The notes beneath the pieces were generated by a model. The model did not search any database, had not been told where the DNA came from, and saw only the letters and a program-made list of their open reading frames with translations. Source: Phycisphaerales bacterium (GTDB taxonomy: Bacteria; Planctomycetota; Phycisphaerae; Phycisphaerales; UBA1924). From it: a DNA stretch of 64,000 nt. Below, one piece after another: positions 57,125 to 64,000 of the stretch. Positions within the stretch are counted from its first letter, which is position 1. Each line of letters starts with the position of its first letter. The stretch is from contig OZ245777.1 in assembly GCA_965227775.1 (NCBI GenBank), positions 1,472,001 through 1,536,000 on the forward strand. Direction: 5' to 3'. Position numbers and translations under genes: made by a program.

Positions 57125-58849
57125 TCAGCCGCTGCGTTCGAAGACTCTGACCGCGATCTTCTCGCCCGGTTTGCCAGCTGGGACGATCAGGTCGATGGTG
57201 AGCGCGCCTTCGAGGTCGACGGTGTGGCCGGTGCGCTCGTCGGTGTTGGTCAGGACCGGATTGCTGTCGGCGAGCACGTCTTCGGCGAGCACGACGTCAC
57301 CCTGCCAGAGTCGGAGGTCGATGTCGCGACCTGTGACGCTCTGAGCCGCGATGGTGTACCTGCGCCCTGGCGTGGCCTCGAACGTCCACGACGCTGTGTG
57401 CGAGCCATCGTCCGTCGTGTACGTGAACGTGTGGATCTCATCGCCCAGCAGCTGTGACATCTCGTCTTGTGGATTGGCGGATGGCATGTTGACCATCTCT
57501 TCGTATCCATCGAGCTGGTGGCCGATCCAGACTCGATCGACAAACCCACCTGAGCCGATGCGCACAAATGTGGGCGTCGACGCGACGCCGAAGCGTTCAG
57601 CCAAGTCGCCTCCGCGTTCGACGATGGTCAGCGGGTAGTGCTGGGCGAGCAGCGGATAGTGCCGGCGGACGTCGTTGTAGGTTGCGTCCTTGCCTCGGAT
57701 CGGCATCACGATCGGTACGACGCGGACCGTCCCGTCGGCGGATGCCACGGCGTCGTGGAGCCCCTGGATCGCGCGCTTCGCGAACGCACCGGGTGCGGTG
57801 GCGTTGACGAACACGAGCAGGGTGCGATCGGAGTCCGGGACGACCACGGGCTGCTGTGTCATCGACCAGGCGGTGATTGGTGGGGCCAGCGTATCCACGA
57901 GACGCATCGGTGTGTTGGGAGGCCAATCCTGCCACGGCGTGCCGATCGCCTGGTTCCCGAGGCGCTCCTGTTGGCCCTCACTCAGGAACATGGCGACGCG
58001 GTCGACGTCATCCTCTAAGGCCCGATCGACATCTCCACGGACATCGGCCTCGGTCACTTCATCAGCGTCAATCGCCACGCTGCTTGCGGCATACTCAACA
58101 CTCCGGATTTCGTCTTCCGGATCGAAGGGGCCCCGCCCGGCGGTGGGTTGAGCAAAGGTCGCAGAGGTGCATGCGTCGATCCAGCGCCCCTCGGCAGTCG
58201 TCGGGAATCGAATCTGCTCGGGCAAGTCCAGCGTGTCTGGGCCAATGCGACCGAGCGTCATCATCACGGTTGGCGTTCCGTCGTCGAGGACGTGCGGCGT
58301 ATTGCCGACGAATTGCCACATGTTGGTGATGGTCGTTCGGTGGTCAGGAGAGACCATCGTAAGTGTGCCAATCGGGAACACCGGTTCGGGCGGCAACGCA
58401 TCGCCGTTTGCTTGGAGGATTGCTCGAACGCTGCGCCCCGTCCACCCTGCCGGTGGGGCGGGGCGTTCGATGAATCTCCCCTCAATCCGGTCCACGACGA
58501 TCAGTGATTCGGTCGTGCAGATCGCGACGTGGGTGGGGGTGTCGATGCGAAACACCGCGTTGGCCGTCGCGTGCCATGTCGGCTTGGCATAGATCAAATG
58601 GAAGGTGTGTTCTTGGTCGGGCTCGATGCCGCCGAGGTCCTCGCCGAACAACTCGCCGATCAGAACCGCGTCGATCGCACCCCGTCGCTCCTCGGTCACG
58701 CTCAGGCGGAGCGTCTCGATCGAGCCGAGTTCTATCGACCATGAACCAAGATTCTCTGTGAGCATGCGCTGGGCGTCCGAGACCTGTGCGGATCCCACGC
58801 AAGCGAAGCAGATGACCGGCGCGATACCAAGGCGATAGGGCATACGCAT
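57125..58849 (-). CDS. Secreted multidomain hypothetical protein with a thioredoxin/TlpA-like domain lacking CxxC
   Basis: Signal-like N-terminus; APPITAWS...TLLVFVNATAPG...LAERFGVASTPTFVRIGSGGFVDRVWIG; PPC-like tail (DIDLRLW..DVLADSNP). Confidence 0.65.
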   Translation of the reverse strand: MRMPYRLGIAPVICFACVGSAQVSDAQRMLTENLGSWSIELGSIETLRLSVTEERRGAIDAVLIGELFGEDLGGIEPDQEHTFHLIYAKPTWHATANAVFRIDTPTHVAICTTESLIVVDRIEGRFIERPAPPAGWTGRSVRAILQANGDALPPEPVFPIGTLTMVSPDHRTTITNMWQFVGNTPHVLDDGTPTVMMTLGRIGPDTLDLPEQIRFPTTAEGRWIDACTSATFAQPTAGRGPFDPEDEIRSVEYAASSVAIDADEVTEADVRGDVDRALEDDVDRVAMFLSEGQQERLGNQAIGTPWQDWPPNTPMRLVDTLAPPITAWSMTQQPVVVPDSDRTLLVFVNATAPGAFAKRAIQGLHDAVASADGTVRVVPIVMPIRGKDATYNDVRRHYPLLAQHYPLTIVERGGDLAERFGVASTPTFVRIGSGGFVDRVWIGHQLDGYEEMVNMPSANPQDEMSQLLGDEIHTFTYTTDDGSHTASWTFEATPGRRYTIAAQSVTGRDIDLRLWQGDVVLAEDVLADSNPVLTNTDERTGHTVDLEGALTIDLIVPAGKPGEKIAVRVFERSG

Positions 58850-58960
58850 CTCGGATCATTGGGAATCCGAACGGAATGAGCAACGAGCCGGAGCCACATT
58901 CCGCGGGTAGAGCTTGTCTGCCCCCGAAAGGGCTGTGTGCGCCTGCAGGCCCAGCGTGAC

Positions 58961-60118
58961 CTATGCCTCGATGCCCAATCGCAGGAGCGGCACGCACCCA
59001 TCCGGATTGCTCGCCCCCGTCGCGTGTTCTCTCAGGTGCGCGATGAGTGAGAGCATGTCCTCGCGCGGCGGGGCGGTCAGCACGAGCGGCTCGCCGCTGA
59101 TCGGGTGCTCGAGGGCGAGCAGGGCGGCGTGGAGCATCTGGCGGTCGATGGTCTGACCGGGTAGTTCGAATGCTCTGCCGCCATACATGTCGTCGCCGAC
59201 GATCGGCCAGCCTCGATGGCTGCAATGCACGCGGATCTGGTGAGTGCGGCCGGTCTTGAGTTCGAGTTCTAATAGAGCAAAGTGCTGGTCGCCCACCGGC
59301 CGGTCGTGCAGGCGGTAACGCTCGCGCACGCGGGCGATGGTCAGGCTGGGCTTGCCGAGCTGGTCGTGGCGCACGACCTGCTTCTCGCGGTACCCCTTCT
59401 CCTTGCTGGGGTGGGGGCCGATGGGCTCGTCGATGGCCTCGATATCGGGGTCGAGCGCGCCCTTCGGGTCGCCCTGAACGATCGCAAGGTACCGCTTGTC
59501 GGTCGTCCGCTTCTCGAACTGCTGGCCGAGCTTCCAGTGGGCCTCCTCGGTCTTGGCAAAGACGATGACGCCCGTCGTGTCACGGTCGAGGCGGTGCACG
59601 ACGCCGGGGCGCGCGAGGTCGGCGCCGACCGGAGAAAGCTCGCCTGCACCGGAGTGCTGGAAGTGCCACGCGAGGGCGCTGAGCATGGTGCCCGTGTTGT
59701 GGCTGCGCGCCGGGTGCACGATGATGTCCGGCCGCTTGTTGAGGACGATCAGGTGCTCATCCTCATACAGCACGTCGATGGGGATGTCCTCGGCCTCGAT
59801 GTGTCCGCTGGGCGGCGGCGGTAGGACGAGCGAGACGGTGTCGTTCAAGCGCAGCTTGGTCGACGCCCGCGCGGGCTGACCGTTGACCATCGCCGCGCCG
59901 TCATCGATCATCCGCTGGATCTGGCTGCGGCTCATGAACGGGATGCGGCTGGTGAGGTACTTGTCGAGCCTGTCCTTGATGTCGCGCTGCAGGGTCAGCT
60001 CGACCCGGCGCGCATCGGCGTCGTCTGGCCCGAAGCGCTCGACCGCTGCGCGCAACGCATCCTGGTCGATCTTGCCGCCGGGGTCGATCAGAGAGGGAAG
60101 TTCGGGAGGCTGGCTCAC
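58961..60118 (-). CDS. rluD: RluA-family pseudouridine synthase with S4 domain (RluD-like)
   Basis: RLDKYL...SRSQIQRMI (S4), YEDEHLIVLNK, catalytic HRLDRDTTG, LKTGRTHQIRVH, PIVGDDMYG, RQMLHA. Confidence 0.88.
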   Translation of the reverse strand: MSQPPELPSLIDPGGKIDQDALRAAVERFGPDDADARRVELTLQRDIKDRLDKYLTSRIPFMSRSQIQRMIDDGAAMVNGQPARASTKLRLNDTVSLVLPPPPSGHIEAEDIPIDVLYEDEHLIVLNKRPDIIVHPARSHNTGTMLSALAWHFQHSGAGELSPVGADLARPGVVHRLDRDTTGVIVFAKTEEAHWKLGQQFEKRTTDKRYLAIVQGDPKGALDPDIEAIDEPIGPHPSKEKGYREKQVVRHDQLGKPSLTIARVRERYRLHDRPVGDQHFALLELELKTGRTHQIRVHCSHRGWPIVGDDMYGGRAFELPGQTIDRQMLHAALLALEHPISGEPLVLTAPPREDMLSLIAHLREHATGASNPDGCVPLLRLGIEA

Positions 60119-61020
60119 TGGCCGGGGTCTTGCGCGGGGGCGCCGGGCTCTGGGTCGGACGCCGGCTCGTCTGCCGGCTCATCGCCGGGTTCACCAAAGA
60201 GGCCGCCGCCCAGCGGCGTGTCCATGGCGCCGGTCCCGTCGCCTTCGCCCTCGCCGCCGATGCCCAGGCCCTCGAGATCGAGCCCGCCGAGGCCGAAGGG
60301 GTCGTCCGCGTCACGATCATCGGCTGCGGGAATCTCGGGCCGCGGCAGCTGCGCGGAGGAGGGCAGGCTCGTGCGCGTCGCCAGCGCGTCGAGGCTGTTG
60401 AGTCGGGCTTCGGCCAGCTGGGCCATCGCGCCGAAGCCGGCATCGCGATCGATGCTCGCCGCGCGCTGGTAGTGCGTGCGCGCGTCTTCGATCTCGCCCA
60501 TCGCCTCGGCGACGGCGGCCATGCCCATGTGCGCCCGCACGAGATGGATGTCGGCCGGCTCGGCATCAACAACCTGCTGGAACGCTTGCCGAGCCTGGCC
60601 CAGATAGCTCGTGCGGAGTTCCTCGTCGAGCAACTCCTCGGCCGGGAACTCACCCGTCGGCCCGGCTTGGGCTCCGATGACCACGCCGCGGCGCACGGCC
60701 GACAAGTAGGCCTCGCCGGCGGTCAGGCGGGCGACGTGGGGGACGGCGCCGACGTCGTCGTACTGGCGTGCCAGGCTCAGCAGGGTGTCGGGGCTGGTGC
60801 TCTGGCTGCCGGTCGCTAGGGCGAGTTGGACGAAGGCCTCGTCGGTCCGCTCGTCGGCCTGCTGGTTGAGGTACCGCCGGCCGCTGAACGCCAGGGCGAT
60901 CAGGGCGATCACGATGAGGGCCCGCGGCCCCCATTTGACCAGGAAGTCCCGGAATTCCTCGTTGATCCGCGACTCATCGAGCCCGGCGCGGTCCTTGATC
61001 TGTCCCTGGCGTTCGTCCAT
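60115..61020 (-). CDS. Membrane-anchored TPR-like protein (YfgM-like architecture)
   Basis: N-terminal TM helix after FRDFLVKWG, TPR-like helices, acidic low-complexity tail; GTGA overlap with rluD. Confidence 0.65.
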   Translation of the reverse strand: MDERQGQIKDRAGLDESRINEEFRDFLVKWGPRALIVIALIALAFSGRRYLNQQADERTDEAFVQLALATGSQSTSPDTLLSLARQYDDVGAVPHVARLTAGEAYLSAVRRGVVIGAQAGPTGEFPAEELLDEELRTSYLGQARQAFQQVVDAEPADIHLVRAHMGMAAVAEAMGEIEDARTHYQRAASIDRDAGFGAMAQLAEARLNSLDALATRTSLPSSAQLPRPEIPAADDRDADDPFGLGGLDLEGLGIGGEGEGDGTGAMDTPLGGGLFGEPGDEPADEPASDPEPGAPAQDPGQ

Positions 61021-61029
61021 GTGGCAACT

Positions 61030-61971
61030 TTAGGGGGCCGGCCGCCAGAACGCCCACGCGCCGGGGTGATCGAGGGCGGCGTCGCTCACCAGCCGCTGGC
61101 GAACGAGGCGGGTGAACTCCTCGAGCCCCTCGCCGGTGACGGTGGAGACGGCGACGTCGGCCCAGGCCGATGGGGGGCCGGGATGGAGATCGGCACGCAT
61201 GGCGACCCGCAGATCGCCGCGTTCCGGCTCAAGTCCGGCCTCGCCCGCCCGACCGTCCTGGCACCAGAGGACGAGGTCCGCCGCGTCGATCGCCTGCCTC
61301 GCGAGCGCCTGCGCCTCGGCCAGCACGGCGTCGTCGCTCAGGTCGATGCCCGGCGCGTCGAGCCAGCGGACGACCAGCCCGTCGAGTTCCAGGTCCACCG
61401 CCACCGCGTCGCGCGTCACACCCGGCCGGTCGGCAACGCGGGCGACCGTGCGACCCGCGAGTGCGTTGGCCAGGCTCGACTTGCCGACGTTGGCCGGACC
61501 GGTGGCGACGACGAGGGGTGGGTGGAGGAGGCGGGCCAACTCGCGTGCAATGTCATCCGGGACCTCATCAGGCTTGGACGCCCATCGGGCTGGCTGGCTC
61601 AGCAAGTGCGCGAAGGCACGCTCGCCACGTACGCGGCCGAGCGTGGTAAGCATGCGTGCCTCGATCTCGTCCGCGGCTTCGGGCCAGGAGGGATCGGCGT
61701 CGGAGCGCTCGATGCCCGCTTCGAGCAGCGCGCGGGCGAGCGATCGGCAGACCTGCACGCCGCCGTGGGGGGTGAGTAGCAGGACGGTTTCACTCGGGCG
61801 GATAGCGAGCAGCGTGTCGACCCTCGGCACGGTGCGCAGCGTGGCCTTGCCGACCGCCGGTGCACCAAAGCCGACGGCCTCGCAGGCCGCGTCAATGTCA
61901 CCGACCACCTCGAACACGGCGACGGCCGAGGCGATGCCGGGGGTGGAGCGTTGAGCGAAAGTCGCGGGCAC
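61030..61971 (-). CDS. Shortened MnmE/TrmE-like GTPase
   Basis: STPG..AVAVFEVVG and PHGG (TrmE N-domain remnants); G1 GPANVGKSS, G2 PGVTRD, G3 DAPG; no C-terminal FCxGK; start GTG 61971 or TTG 61986. Confidence 0.75.
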   Translation of the reverse strand: MPATFAQRSTPGIASAVAVFEVVGDIDAACEAVGFGAPAVGKATLRTVPRVDTLLAIRPSETVLLLTPHGGVQVCRSLARALLEAGIERSDADPSWPEAADEIEARMLTTLGRVRGERAFAHLLSQPARWASKPDEVPDDIARELARLLHPPLVVATGPANVGKSSLANALAGRTVARVADRPGVTRDAVAVDLELDGLVVRWLDAPGIDLSDDAVLAEAQALARQAIDAADLVLWCQDGRAGEAGLEPERGDLRVAMRADLHPGPPSAWADVAVSTVTGEGLEEFTRLVRQRLVSDAALDHPGAWAFWRPAP

Positions 61972-62004
61972 GCGGGAGCGTATCAAGCAGGTGTGTGCGT
62001 GTGG

Positions 62005-63234
62005 CTATCGCGGGTTCTGCAATCGCTCGAGCAACTTCTCGGCGTCCCAGCCGGGCGGGGGATGGTCGTAGACCACGCACGGGCCCATGCCGTCCTCGAC
62101 GAGCAAGGCGATGCGCATGGTGTCGAGGGAGGCGACGTAGATCCCGCGGGAGTGGTTGCCCATGTGCCAGCCGACCTGGAAGACCAGCACTTTACCCGGC
62201 AGGCGGCTGCTCGAGAGCGGACCCGTGAGGAACACGAGGGGCGTCGAGAGCCAGAGATGCCGCTCCCGTCCTCGTGCGTCGGCGAACCTCAGGCCATACA
62301 CGGGGCTAGAGGCGATGTCGTCGAACGAAGCCTCCGAGCCATCGAGCGGTGCGACCCGTAAACGGCGCTCGCGAAACACGCTGGCGGCCGCACCCACGCT
62401 TCGCAGGATGATGGCATCACGCTCATAGAAGTCCCGGTAGGCCGTGTCCGACCAGTCCTGGGATTCGCTCAATTCTCGAAACTCCGGTGCGCGGACCAGC
62501 AAGTCGACGCGCCCGTCGAGCCGTAGCCCGCCGTTGAGCCAGCCGTACTCGGTGGCCTCGGGCAATTCCGTGACCTGCTCGTCTTCGCGGCCATCCAGGC
62601 GAATACGACGCACCGTCTGACCATCGCTCGCGATGTAATACACCCACGGCAGCGCACCGCCCTGTCTGTCTTCGGTCTTTGCCTCGCGCGCGGCGTCGAT
62701 GCCGACCATCGCGGGTTCGCGCACCGAGTCGAACTGGCTGGCCAGCGAGACGTCGCTCGCGACGCCGTACCAGCAGATCAGCCCGAGCGCCGTCGCCGCG
62801 TTGGCAAGGGCGATGGCAGCCATAGCGCGCTTCGGCTTGCGGGGCGAGTCGAAGGTGAGCCAGAGCAATGGCAGCTCGATGAAGAAGCCCAGGAGCGTGA
62901 ACCCGGCGAATACCAACCAGTGCGCCGCGACGATCTTGGAGAGGTAGTCCCCCGGCAGCCAGCCAATCGTCAGCTCCCACGCCCAGACGATGAGCAGCAG
63001 CCCGGCCCATGCCGACAGGTAGTTGGCCGCGATCGCCAGCCACCAAACCCGTTGCCGGGCACCGAACTTCATCAGGATGGCGGCCTCGGCCAGGCCAATG
63101 AAGAGGTTGCCAAGCAAGAGGTGCACGGCTCCCGCCAGCATGGCCAGACTGCCCGCGTTGGCCAACGCGGGACTGGCGGTGATCAGCACCACGATCGTGA
63201 CAAGCATGAGCCGGTAGCGATACACCGCATACAT
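62005..63234 (-). CDS. Hypothetical membrane protein with soluble C-terminal domain
   Basis: Signal-like ALANAG, about 4 TM helices (ANYLSAWAG; FFIELP; ANAAT), soluble C-terminus; GGAGG SD. Confidence 0.65.
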   Translation of the reverse strand: MYAVYRYRLMLVTIVVLITASPALANAGSLAMLAGAVHLLLGNLFIGLAEAAILMKFGARQRVWWLAIAANYLSAWAGLLLIVWAWELTIGWLPGDYLSKIVAAHWLVFAGFTLLGFFIELPLLWLTFDSPRKPKRAMAAIALANAATALGLICWYGVASDVSLASQFDSVREPAMVGIDAAREAKTEDRQGGALPWVYYIASDGQTVRRIRLDGREDEQVTELPEATEYGWLNGGLRLDGRVDLLVRAPEFRELSESQDWSDTAYRDFYERDAIILRSVGAAASVFRERRLRVAPLDGSEASFDDIASSPVYGLRFADARGRERHLWLSTPLVFLTGPLSSSRLPGKVLVFQVGWHMGNHSRGIYVASLDTMRIALLVEDGMGPCVVYDHPPPGWDAEKLLERLQNPR

Positions 63235-63291
63235 GCGCGTGCCTCCGGCTTGCCTTGTACGCGTGTCATTCTCGCGGGATCCCGAAGAAAC

Positions 63292-64000
63292 TCAGAGACC
63301 AACAAGCCGTCCCAGCACGATCATCGCCGTCACGCCACCCACGAACGCGATCGAGACCGCCGTGCTGCTGGCCTTCTCGAGCGCTTCGGGAATGAGGTCG
63401 TCGACAACCAGGAACACCATCGCGCCCGCGGCCAGGCCCATGCCGAAGGGCAGCAGCGGCTCGAACAGCCACACGAACCACGCGGCGAATGGGGCGGCCA
63501 GCGGCTGGGGCAGGCTGGTGAAGAGCGCCCAGAAGAGGCATGCCCGCACGCTCAGCCCGGCACCCATCAGCGCGAGTGTGATCGCGATGGCCTCTGGAAT
63601 GTTGTGCACCGCGAGCGCGCTCGCGATGCTCACGCCCAGCGTTGGGAGTGTGCCGTCACCACGAAAGTCGGCGCCGAACGCCACGCCAATGGCCACGCCC
63701 TCGGGGAGGCTGTGCACGGTCATGGCTGCGACGATGAGCAGGGCCCGCTTGCCGCCGGACTTTCTCAGGTTGGCAATGTCGAAATCGCCGTTGTTGCTCA
63801 CCCACTTGACGGCCATCCAGTAGAACGCTGCTCCGGCCGCCAGCCCCGCGGCGACCTCCCAGGCCAGCCAGCCTGGGGCCTGGTCTAGCCCCTCGCCAAC
63901 CAGTTGCACGAGGCTGGCCGCCGCCATCATGCCGCCGGCCGCCGCCGAGAACATCCCGGTGAGCCGCTGAGACATGTTCTTGATGAAGAAGAACGGCAGC
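63292..64000 (-). CDS. ZIP family divalent metal (zinc) transporter, GufA/ZupT type (5' end outside window)
   Basis: HSLPEGVAIG, AVHNIPEAIA, AAGAMVFLVVDDLIPEA; frame stays open to the window edge (LPFFFIKN-MSQR). Confidence 0.9.
   Translation of the reverse strand, partial: LPFFFIKNMSQRLTGMFSAAAGGMMAAASLVQLVGEGLDQAPGWLAWEVAAGLAAGAAFYWMAVKWVSNNGDFDIANLRKSGGKRALLIVAAMTVHSLPEGVAIGVAFGADFRGDGTLPTLGVSIASALAVHNIPEAIAITLALMGAGLSVRACLFWALFTSLPQPLAAPFAAWFVWLFEPLLPFGMGLAAGAMVFLVVDDLIPEALEKASSTAVSIAFVGGVTAMIVLGRLVGL

Overview
High-GC bacterial chromosomal window, very probably a Planctomycete of the Phycisphaerales type. This is inferred from the C-terminal 'GC-type' dockerin proteins, a LEPRxLL giant surface protein, an H-X9-DG prepilin and CPxC..CPECG membrane proteins. 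The left third is housekeeping: the end of pstS then pstC-pstA-pstB, sucA-sucB, pgsA-pgpA, and a stand-alone nuoJKLMN block. The middle holds a 3222-aa extracellular protein, an ASPIC/UnbV-type FG-GAP protein, two prepilin-like genes, astB, tRNA-Glu(TTC), a cysteine desulfurase/TauE/Fur cluster, an animal-type transketolase and tmk. The accessory right part contains a LuxR-type regulator and a small helical+FN3-like gene preceded by a cryptic, highly degenerate array of about 15 phased 21-bp units. Next comes a tandem array of four secreted dockerin-tailed genes, each with its own promoter, then an RluA-family synthase, a truncated MnmE-like GTPase and a ZIP transporter. No CRISPR array, transposase, integrase, reverse transcriptase or rRNA was seen. 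The most unusual observations are the 21-bp phased array with its adjacent gene, the promoter-carrying dockerin gene cassettes, and a pervasive leaderless (-10 box, 5-7 nt, start codon) architecture. All calls come from motif recognition by eye; no database search was run.
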